A stretch of 64,000 nt of DNA, taken from IMG/VR virus record IMGVR_UViG_3300043399_000676; one strand, given 5' to 3'. A program made the position numbers and the translations under genes. Each line of letters starts with the position of its first letter. Within the stretch, counting starts at the first letter, position 1. The stretch comes from a virus (Duplodnaviria; Heunggongvirae; Uroviricota; Caudoviricetes). Under the pieces are notes generated by a model, which had not been told where the DNA came from, ran no database searches, and worked only from the letters and a program-made list of their open reading frames with translations. Below are positions 1 to 12,000 of this stretch, piece by piece.

Positions 1-69
1 CAAATTAGGATACTGTTGGTTATTTTGATCACATGCTATCGAAGTTATAACTGTTGTGTATTGATTCAT
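1..69 (-). CDS. 5' part of a small gene downstream of the giant fibre (MNQYTTVITSIACDQNNQQYPNL..., runs off the window); possible fibre accessory protein
   Basis: Hand-translated: ATG at 69, AAGGA RBS just upstream, open to the window edge; not in the ORF track. Function guessed from position only. Confidence 0.6.
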   Translation of the reverse strand, partial: MNQYTTVITSIACDQNNQQYPNL

Positions 70-84
70 TTTCTATCCTTATTT

Positions 85-3000
85 TTAAACTGCCGGTGGT
101 GCAGGGATTTCAGTCAAATCTGTTGTCCATGCAAACGTTGCGACACCTGAAACTCCTGCATTTTGATCATTTGAATTGTTTGCAAGTGCACCAACCCCGT
201 ATGTTGTTCCCATTGCAGGTATCCTGCCAGTTGACCTACCTGCTACTGGTTTTATTCTTGACGTTTCCCAAGATATTGCATTGTTGAAATAATGATATCC
301 CATTAAACCACCTGTTCCTGCTTCTTCAGGGGCAACAATATAAATACCGGGCACTGGGTTTCCATCTTTGTCTACAGAAGAAGTCTGTATGACTTCTACC
401 TTTCCACCAAGACCGCCTGCTCCGCCACCACCGCCACCACCGCCACCATCATATATACTTGATCCAAGTATTGGGTATCTTGCTACAATATTTTGCTGTC
501 CGTCTCCCTCTTGTCCAGCTTGTATTAGTGTTAATGTATTTTGCAACGCTGAGTTTGCATCGGTGTAATTGCCGTTCTTGTTTAGGTCTAGTGCAATACG
601 AGCCGAATTTCCTGCGCCACCTCCACCGCCGCCTCCAGGGGCGATTAGCATTGGTTGCCATGTCAAACCATTATCAGTCGAGTATTCTACTGATGTTGAT
701 CCGCCACCTGCTCCACCTCCACCAGAGCTTGCACCTGAAGTATCCCCCGGAGCACCTCCCCTGCCACCTATGTTATATCCGCCTGCAACTGGGACGCCTG
801 CATGAACATACTCACGGCCAGTTTTGCCACCGCCACCGCCTTGACCAACTTTCATTCTTATTCGCTTGGTGTTTGCTGTTGCAGGAAGCTTTGCCATTGC
901 ATACCATGTACCGCCAGCGCCACCGTTACCACCAAACCATCCACCGTCTTGGCTTCCAGCGCCACCTCCTGCACCAACTAAATTAAACGCTATGTTAACT
1001 GCTTCAGTAGTCAAGGTGAATTCTTGCCCAGTTGGAGAAACAGATGTTCCTTGACCTCGGTATATAGTTATCGAAGTGTCCGATATGATAACGGTCGAGC
1101 TTACTGCGATTATAGGTCCAGTAATATTGTTCTTTCTAATGTAGATAAAGAAGTTTTCGCCACCTTCAGTCGTTCTATCTGCGGCAATTGTTCTTGTTAT
1201 TGTACCTAGACCATTTACGATTGATACTTCCCCATTTATATTTTTGTCACCAAAGTCGTCCTTGTCTACACCAGTTGACGTAGACCAATATAGTGTACCG
1301 GAGTATGCAGGAGATCCATATACGTTTACAGTAAATACAACCGAACTTCCTTCGCTCACAAAGTCAACAGAAGGTGTAACTGTTGTGTAAGAAGTATCAA
1401 CGATTGTCTTAGTTGAAGTAAACGCAGATGTAATTGGGACTGTCATCGCAGCATCCAAATACAACTGAATCTTGAAGCTTTCTAATCTAGTATCATAAGT
1501 TGTGTCGTCACCTACTATATCATTAACCAATGCCAAAGTACCTGTGAATGTCTGATTGTTTATAGCAATCTTACCAGACAGCACGTTTCCTGCAATATCA
1601 TCGATTGTAGGAGCGGCATATGCTCCGTCTGGTAAAATTCTCCAATAATACTCAGTCGCATTAGGAACGTTAGAAGTAGTTATCGTGACGTTAACTGTTT
1701 CGCCCTCATTATAAACATCCTTATCCGTCGCAATAGTTACATGCACATCAAGGATCGTGACTTCCGCTGAAGTAGCTACAACCGGGTTAGAGTCAGAGCC
1801 AAGTCTGAAGTCAACCACAAACTTTCTATCTCCTGCTGCCTTTACCCAATCGTAAGGTAAACTAAACGTTAGACTACCTGATGTACCAGAAGTAACAAGA
1901 GTTCCTTTCAAGCTAGATAATCCCAATGTAGCTGGTGTAACAGTTCCTGCACCAGTAGTTGGTCGTACAGTATAGTATACAGTTGTCCCAGAAGGTATAT
2001 TAGTTGTAGTTAATCCAAATGTAATTGACTGCCCTTCTCTTACTGAAGTTGGGCTTCCAACTAACATACTAACATCCTGTATTGAAGTTACTGCGAACGA
2101 AGGAGGAGTAGAGTATGTTATACCATCGACTGTTGCGGATGCCACAAATCTATATACCTCTGGTATTTCTACTTGATTATCGTAAGCTAGATTAACTGTA
2201 ACTGAGGCTGCGTTTGAATTCACGACTGTAGTACCGCTAAGTGTAGCTGGAGAAAAATCAGCACTGTTTAGTGTAGTTGTCCCTGGTGTAATTACCCAGT
2301 TAACCGTAGTTCCATTTGGAATGTTAGTGGTTGCCAAATTGTATGTTGCTGTTTCGCCCTCTTTTGCTGTTGCAGTGTATGACGTAACTTTGATCTCTCT
2401 ATTCTTAACTGTTACTAGCGGACTAGTACCAATCAATGTCCCAGATGCATTGTTTAATTTAACATTTAAATACAAAGTCTCATCAACTTCTGTGTCCAAG
2501 TCAGTCGCAATTACCTTAGTAAGAGTGAAGGCCCCGGATGAGTTAACGTTGAATGTTCCTGCCATGACTCCATCAAACAGATCAGCGCCAGAAGTAGTAC
2601 CAGTTATGTACCAATAGAGAGGAGTACTAGTATCTATGTTACTGGTTTGAATACCAAACGATATGGTTTGTCCTTCGTATATGGTGTTCACTGAAGGAGT
2701 GATTGCACAAGTAACATCCAATATTGTTATTGGTGTTATCGAACGAATCAACGTACCACCTTGACTAGTGTACAAGTTAACTGCTAAAGTTTCTGAACCT
2801 TCAATTAAGCTGTCATTCAATGCAGTCAACGTAAACGACGCTGCTTTATTTGTGAAGTTTAACGTTCCTGAGGTTGGTGTTACATCAGTAGTATTTGTGG
2901 ATTCCCAATACCAGCTAGAAGCATAGGAATTTCTTACTGTTATAGTTGCAGAGTTTCCTTCTTTTATCGAAGGTACTGTTGCTGGCTCAACAATAATCGT

Positions 3001-6000
3001 AGTATCTTTAACCGTTATAACTCCACTAGTCAATTCAGGTAACATTACAACTGACTGTGCATTGTTGGCTGTTACTCTTAACTGAACCTGCATATCACCT
3101 TCAATTACTGTATCAGTTTTGAATGTGATTGGAATGTTCACTGTTGCAGGAGTTCCACTAAACGTCCCGCTTCCACTTATCGCACCAGTAACGTGTTCAG
3201 TTAAATTCAATGATGCATCAGTAGAGCCAGTTTTTATTAGACTCCAAGAATAAGTAGTCGCATTACAGTTGGTTGCAGTCAACTGGAATGTTACTGTGTC
3301 ACCTTCGTTAACAGTTGTAGCAGTGTTAGGTGTGATTGCGATTGACCTGTCTGCGATTGTTATGTCTGAAGAACTTCCAATAACAGTACCTGAAGCACTA
3401 CCTATTCTAACATCAACTCTAAATCTTTCATTACCCTCAAGATCATTATCAAACTTGATTTGTCTAGTCAATGCGACCGTTGAGCTAGTAGTCACGTTAA
3501 ATGTACCTTCTAGCCCTTCGATGACATAATCAAATTTGTCCAATGATCCGAATGTTGGTTCAATTTTCCAATACAATGTAGTTCCTGCTGCAATACCAAA
3601 CGTGTCAAATGTAAGAGTGAATGAATCTCCCTCTGCGACAGTCGTTGGTACTGGTTGTTTCTCAACAACGTTGACATCAGAAATTGTAACCGTTGGGCAA
3701 GGAGCGCTCAACGGTATCAATGTTCCTGATCCAGCTGGATTGCTAGTGTACAAGTCAATCACAAAGCTTTCCGTATTCTCTCTGGATGAATCATATGCTG
3801 AAGTTAACGTAAACGCCCCTGTTCCATTTGTTAGACTTAGGGTTCCCTCAATTGCTGTCGAGAAATCGCCAGAATTGACTGTACCGGATACTGTTCTAAC
3901 TTTCCAATACACGCTTGCTAATGTTGTATCAGCAGTTACAGTAAACGTAACTGATTCATTTTCAGCAATTGCAGTTTTGTTGGTTTGAATAAGTATAGAC
4001 TTGTTCTTAACCGTGATAACACCGCTATTTACAGTAGGTGAAACTGTAGTTCCTTGTGTATTCTTTACTGTTACTGCAAGTTGAACTTGCATATCCCCTT
4101 CATTGATTGAGTCTGCCTTAAATTGCACAGGGACGTTGACAGTAGCTGAATTACCACTAAATGTTCCGCTTCCACTTACTGCACCAGTAACATGATCAAC
4201 AAGATTCAAGGTAGAACTAGTAGATCCTGTTTTTACAAGTGACCAATTATATCCAAGTCCGTCACAATTAGCAGCAGAAATTTGGAATGTTACTGTGTCA
4301 CCTTCGTTAACGGTTGTTGCAGAACTTGGAGTTACACTGAACGATCTATCTGTCATAGTAACTTCAGGTGAACTTCCAATAACAGTGCCTGAGGCACTAC
4401 CTATTCTAACATCAACTCTAAACTTATCGTTATTATCTGACTGGTTATCAAATGCAATCTGTTTAGTCCAAGTGCAAGTTAAGTCGGATGCGACAGTAAA
4501 TGTACCCGCTAATGTATTTGGAACAAAGTCAGAACCGTTGACTGTGCCTGATGTAGGAACTACTTCCCAATATAATGTTGTTCCAGCAGTTAAGCCAAAC
4601 GTATTGAATTTTACGTTCAATGGCTCGCCTTCAGCAACAGTGATTGCAGATATTGGATCAGCCACTACATTGACATCAGAAATTGTAACTGTTGGACAAG
4701 GAGCATTCAAGGTTATTAATGTACCTGATCCTGCCGGGTTACTTGTATACAAATCGATCACGAAGCTCTCAGTGTTTTCTCTTGACGAATCATATATTGA
4801 GGTTAGTGTAATTGTACCACTACCTGATGTTAAGTTTAGTGTGCCTTCAACTGCTCCGGCAAAATCGTTTCCATCGACTGTACCAGATACTGATCTTAAC
4901 TTCCAATATACACTACTAACACTAGTTCCTGTTGTCACAGTAAAGGTTACTGATTCATTTTCTTTGATTGCAGTCTTGTTAGATGTAATAGTGTAGTTTA
5001 CATCAGTGATTGATATTGTTCCAGTAGAAGCATTTATCACAGTACCTGCAATTGTAGTTGTTGCGTCTACTACAAACGTCTCTGTGCCTTCGAATGAATA
5101 ATCTGAGGCAATTGGAAGATTAAATGTTGCAGCGTTACTGTTGATCTGAACATTACCTGTTGATCCATTTCCAAAGTCAGCAGAAGTGATTCCGGTAGAA
5201 ATTCCTCTAACCGACCAGTCTACTACCGTTCCATTTGGTATGTTTTGGCTAGCCAATGTAAAGGTTAGAGTGCCACCTTCTGATACGGTTGTGCTGCTTG
5301 GTGTAATTGTCAACCAACGATTTAGGATAGTTACTGCCTCTGTTGTGTGCAACAATGTTCCAGTTGCTGATCCTAAATAAAAGCTAACAGTAAATGTCTC
5401 AGAAGTCTCGCTATTGCTATTATCAAGTGCTGCTCTTCTTGAGAAAGTTCCGATGTTATTATTTACTGTAATTGATCCTGATAGTTTTCCATCTGTAAAA
5501 TCAGAGCCAGTGATGTTTCCGCCATTTGCTACCCAAAATAGTGTAGTTGGAGATGGCAAGTTGGTAGTAGTTATATCAAATACGACTTCATCACCCTCTA
5601 GAATTGTAGTTGCAGATGCGACAGAACTAACAGTTACATCACCTATTGTTACTTCTTGACTTGAAACTAATAAAGTTCCACCTGATGAATTAAACAAGTC
5701 AACTACAAATTTATTATCTACTTCATTTGTTGCAGTATCAACGACTGGTGTTAGAGTAAACGAACCTGTGCCTGCAACCAATGTTATACTACCAGTCATC
5801 GAAGAACTAAAGTCAGCCGAAGTAACTGCGTTTGCACCAGTTGATCTTACTGACCAAAAGTAGGTAGAAGTAGGATTAGAACTTGAATTAACTGTAAACT
5901 TTACGTTTTCACCTTCTCTTACCAAATTCTTATCAGCAATAATGCTAACGGCAAGATCAGTTATGCTTATAACTGGGCTTGTTGCAATAACAGGTCCTGT

Positions 6001-9000
6001 ACTTGGATCAACTAATCTTACGTCAACGACAAATTGTTCTAATCCTTCAGAATTAGAATCAACTTTCATTTGTAGAGAAAACGATGCAGTTGTATTAGTT
6101 GTTACTGCGATAGTTCCTGATACTGGTCCAGTAAAGTCGTTTGAATCGACTGAGTTACCAGTTATTGATCTAACTGCCCAATACAAGTTAGTATTGCTTA
6201 TGTTACCTAATGCTAAGTTAAAGACAATAGGAGTTGTATCATTCTCAGATATTGATGTCACTGACGGTGTAATTACAACAGTTACATCACTTAATGTGAA
6301 TGAAGGTCCTGTTGCGACTTTGTTTGTAAACCCAGAATCAGTGAACAACTCGACCACATAAACTTCTGCGCCCTCTAGCGGAGAAGTAGTCTTATCATAT
6401 GAAGAAGTTATGGTAAGTTTATCTGAGCCAGTTGTTACAAATGACCCACTTGTCTGTGTAAAATCGCTGGTAGCAAGAGTACCAGTGGTTGCTCTTAGTC
6501 TCCAATATATAGTTGTTCCGTTATTGACCCCAGCAAGAGCGACATTATATCTAATCCATTCACCTTCTTTTATTGTAGAAGTTCCAGATGAAGATGTGTC
6601 GAATGTTAGAGCATAAACCACATCAGTTATTGTAACTTGACTACTTTCTGCAAGCAACGTTCCGCCTTTTGCAGTATACAATTCGATCTTGAATCTTTCG
6701 TCACCTTCTACGTTTTGTGCTGTTAAGTCTCTTACAATTGATCTAGTCAACGTATAAGTTGAGGAAGATAATGTGAATGTACCCTCTATTGCACCGTCAC
6801 TAAAGTCTGCACCATTGACTGTTCCTAAAGTAGGTACTAATCTCCAATATACGGATGTCCCAATAGAAACGCCAGATGTTGCTATCTCAAAGTCTACAGA
6901 TTCACCTTCCTTAACTGTAAGTGTACTTGGAGTAATAGAATAGGTAACATCTGTTATTGACACTGGACTAGAAGTTACTAACACAAATCCGTCTTGTGTT
7001 TTAATATCCATCACAAACTGCTCGGTACCCTCTGAAGAAAGATCATATGCAATTGTCTTGTTCACAACACCAGTACTATTCGAAATAGTTACATTACCTG
7101 TCAATATTCCGTCAGTAAAGTCAGAAGATGTAATTGAACTTCCATTGTGGCCTCTTATTTCCCAAATAAGATTTGCACCAGTTGTTATATTAGTTGCAGA
7201 AATGTCAAATCTAACATTTGCACCTTCCTTTACAGTCAAAGTAGAAGGAGTTACTGTCGCAACAACGTCCTTGATAGTAATGACCGCCGAATTCGCAAAA
7301 ACTGTACCTGAAGTACTTCCAGTTCTGATCTGCACTCTAAAGGTTTCATCATTTTCAACTAACAAATCATTTGCCATATTGATTGTGAACGTACCCATTC
7401 CTGAGTTAGCCCAGAATGAACCAGAGTTTATTCCATTTCTAAAATCAGATGAATCGACGTTTGCACCAATTACAGTCCAATACAACTGAGTATTTGCTAA
7501 GTTGGTTGCGTTAACAGTACAGTTAAAGCTGCTTCCTTCTGCTACCGTGATAGGTGTAGTTGGTGATACAACAATGCTTGACGTATCGAGTATGGTGACA
7601 ACCGTGTTTGCAAGAACCGAATTTGCAAGGTTCTTCAATCTAAAGTTAATCTGTTCAGTCCCTTCTAACTGTGCATCGTTAGATATGGTTTTGAGAACTG
7701 TTCCAGTTCCTCCATTGATCGTAACATTACCTGACAGTCCACCTACCACATCATTAATGTCACCACCTGGATATAAGCTGTTGAACGGTTCTATATCCCA
7801 GTTTAGCACTGTGCCATTCGCTACATTAGTTGCAGTTATATTAAATGTTAAGACGTTACCTTCTGTGACAGGATTTGGAGTACCCACTACCGAATAAGAA
7901 GAGGCACTCTGTGAAGTATCATTAATGGTTATCTCGACAGATTGACCTATAATCTGAACATCACTCTCATTTCTTCTGAGTTCAACTTTAAATTTCTCTG
8001 TAGTTGGTTCAGTTAGATTATCCGCAGTCACAGTAACTGAGAAAGTTCCTGTATTATTGCTTACACTCACTGTGCCCTGAGTTGCTGAAAAGTCTCCGGG
8101 TAAAATGTTATCAGTTGTCCCTACTACTTTCCAATATAAGGTAGTTGCGGGTGATGCTGCCAAGCCAGTTGTAGTAACAGTAAATGTAACTGCGTTGCCT
8201 TCATCAACAGCATTGCCTACCGCATTGTGTGTAATAGCACAAGTAAATGCATCAGTGATGGTAATAGTATTTGTTGATGTTATACCAGTCGTTGCACTTG
8301 CAGTTGCCTTTAATCTTACCTTAAACGTTTCTGCGCCTTCAGTTAACAACTCATCTCTAATTGTCAATGTGATTGGGGTAACTGCCGAGTTTGATTGTAT
8401 TGTGACTGAACCACTTGTTGCAGTAGTGAAGTCATAATTTACAAGACCAGTTGATGCGTCTGTGATATCCCAATAATAAACAGTACCATCTGCTACGTTA
8501 GTCGTTGTAACTGCTACTGTTAAGGTTTGGCCCTCTGCAATAGTAGTTGCACTTGGTGTGAGTGTAAAAGAAATATCACGCAGTGTTACTTCTGCACTTT
8601 CTGCAAGTGGGTTATTCGAAGAATCTTTCAGAATGAGTTTAAAAGTTTTATCACCTTCAACCGCATTGTTAATTGAGGCAATCTTTGTTACTCTGCCCTG
8701 ATCTCCTACTACCTTTACTGTTCCTGTCAATGCAGTTTCAGTAAAATCAGATCCTATGGCAGTCCCTGTAATCTCCCAATTAAAGGTAGTATTATCAGGA
8801 ACATTAGTGGTGAACACATCAAAATTGACTGTTTCACCTTCTTTGATTGTTAGCGCACTTGGCACAACTGAGTAACCAACGTCTCTAATAGAAACGTATT
8901 CACTAGTTGCAATAACCGGACCTGAATGACTTCCTGTCCTTATTTGAATTGCAAAGTTCTCTGTTCCTTCAGCCGATCCGCCATCAACCACCGCAGTTCT

Positions 9001-12000
9001 ATCAATGTAGAAAATATTAGTTGATGTAAATGTGAATGTCCCAGTTAATGTGTTGTCCGTAAAGTCTGCATCCGCAGTTGTACCTATTGTTGTCCAATAT
9101 AAAGTCGGAGTTGTTGCAAAGTTTGTTGTCCTTACTGTAAATCTAACAACTTCACCTTCTCGTATAACACTCTTATTGGCTGTAATCGTAACTGCACTAG
9201 TGTCGGCGACATTAATCTTTGGACTAGTGTAGATAATTCCGCCATTTTGAACTGGCCTTAAGTTAATGTAGAAATGTTCTTGACCTTCTTCAATCAAGTC
9301 GTTAAGAATTGGAACAGAGAACGTTGCAGTACCCGAACCATTAATAGTTATACTTCCCGATAATACAGAGGGTGAAAAATCATTTGCTATTGTAGTTCCA
9401 ACGACATCCCAGTAATAAACTCTTCCAGCAGGTACGTTAGTAGTTGTAACAGTTGCAACAATAGTGTCACCTTCGTTGACGCTAATTGTACCGTCTGCTC
9501 CTGTTCCCTTGTCCAAACTAACAACCACAACCTCTGGGTAAACAGAAGTATCTATTATTGAGACTAACGAACTGGTTCTAAGGATTGGACCAGTTCTTGA
9601 ATCTCTTCTTACCTGTAGGAAAAATGTCTCAGTTCCCTCAGTTCTAAGGTCAGAAACTACAGCTAAGGTAACCTTTCCTTTATTTCCTAAAATTTCTACT
9701 TCACCTGCAGGTTCTTGCAAACCAAAGTCAGCAATATCAACCATCCCACCTAATGTCCAATAGAAAATAGTTCTATCTGCTACACCAGTTGTGGTGATAT
9801 CAAATGTAATAGAACTTCCTTCTGAAACAGTAGTCGGATTTGCAATCAACGTAGTTGTACTGTCTGTTATAAAAATCTCTGGTGATGTTGCTAAACTGAT
9901 CGTGTCCGTCGGGGCAGCAAGAAGATTCAAGAAAAATGACTCTGATCCTTCTTGGATATAGTCCTTAAACGTAGTTAGATTAATTGTACCTTTGTTATTT
10001 GAAACTAGTACACTTCCTGAAATTGCACTAGAAAAGTCATTCGCATCAACAGTGCCTGTAGCCGCAGTTATTTTCCAGTAAAATGTAGTTGGAATAGTCA
10101 GGTTTGTAGTATTAACTGTAAATGTTATTACGTCACCTTCATTAACTGTAGTAGCCGAAGGAACAATTTGATATGTTGGGCTGGAAAGTGAAGTATCATT
10201 GACTGTAACTTCTTGACTTGTAGCCAAAACTGTCTTAGACAAGGCAGAAGCTGTCAATTCAATTACAAATTTTTCAACTCCTTCTGTTAGCGAGTCAGGT
10301 CTGACAGTAAGTTGAAATGAACCTGCACCTTCATAAGTAGGCGCATTAGTGTACTCAATCAAAACTTCACCTGAATCAACGTTCTCTACGAAATCTGCTT
10401 TGTCAACCGATCCTTGTACTGAACGTATCTTCCAATATAGATTTCCTTCAGGTACATATTGAGTAACTACATTGAAAGTAATAGTTGAAGTGCTTTCGTT
10501 GAATGAGGTCGCCGATGCAGCAATGGAGTAAAAAGGATCATTGACTGAAGAATCAACGATAGAAACAATTGTACTTGATAACACTAAGCTTCCAATTGAA
10601 TATGTCGGAGAGGTATAAATCTTCAATACAAACCTTTCAACTCCTTCAGTAGTTCCATCTGCCTTAATAGCGCGAACAATTGATGCTTTATCACCAATTA
10701 CGTTTACTGTTCCAGTTAGTGTATCGTCACTAAAGTCGCCAGCTAGCGGAGTCTTATCATTAATATTTCCAGTCGCTTCGACTCTCCAATACAATGGAGT
10801 TTGATCTGCTACGAATGCTGTCAATACGTTGAAGGTTACCGTTGCTCCCTCATTCACAACTGTAACGTTTGGAGTAACAGAAATGTAATTTGGCAAATTC
10901 TTGGATGTATCAACAACTGTAATTTCTTGACTTGTTGCAACTACTGGACCAGACACTGAACCTGTTCTAAGTTGAACTGTAAATGTTTCAGTACCTTCAG
11001 TTTTTAAGTCAGTTAGTAGTTGTCTAGTAAACGTACCTGTGTTATTAGTAATAGAAACATTTCCAGATGCCGATTGATCTGTAAAGTCATCTGCACCTGC
11101 TGTACCTAATACAGTCCAATATAATGTTCCGCTTCCAAAGTTGGTGGTTGTTACGTTAAAGTTTACTGTTCCTCCCTCATTTACAGAAACAATATCTGCG
11201 ACTACTGCATAAGTCGGAGGTGTCAACGAAGTATCTACAACTGTGACGTTTGTGGAATATGCTTTTACCTGAGCAGATGGATTTACATTAGGATCTTCTG
11301 CATACAGATTTACTCTGAAAATCTCTGTCCCTTCAGAGCTAAGGTCTCTTGATAGAGTTCTTGAGAACGTTCCTTTTCCTAATGTATCAATTACAACTGT
11401 CCCAGTTAAAGTAGAATCAACGAAGTCCGCAGCTTCGATTGTTCCGCTTACTGGAATAACAGTCCAATATAATGTAGTACCTGCAAGAACTTGTGTAGTT
11501 GTCACTTCAAAGATTGCGGTACTTCCTTCATTCATACTAGTCAATATTGGACCACCCAAACTGCCAGAGACACGAAGGTCATATGTCGCAGGAGTAAGAG
11601 AAGTATCGTTTATAACAATTGGACTGGAGGTTGCAACTATTCTCCCCGAGATTGAACCAGTTCTAACTTGAATTCTAAAGTTTTCATTTCCCTCAGTAGT
11701 AACGTCTGCATTAGTTGTTATGGTAAAACTACATTGATTGTTGATAACCGATGAAGTGTATCCAGTTGAAAAGTCTGCATTTGATACAGTTCCCAAAGGT
11801 GTCCAATACAATGCAGTTCCATTCTCAAGATTAGTTGTGTTAACTTCTGCAATGATTGTCGATCCTTCATCCATCTCAACAATACCATAGGCTTTGCCAG
11901 TCATTGATCCTGAGGCAGTTGTGAGTGTTTTTACTGATCCACCTTGTGTATCAGAAATCTTGAATTTTGTTTCTGAGACGATGGAATGGACATAATAAGT

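Noticed and set aside
85-1100. Diversity-generating retroelement target at the fibre tip
   Set aside because: No reverse transcriptase and no adenine-variant template repeat in the window; the GC-rich tracts simply encode poly-Gly.
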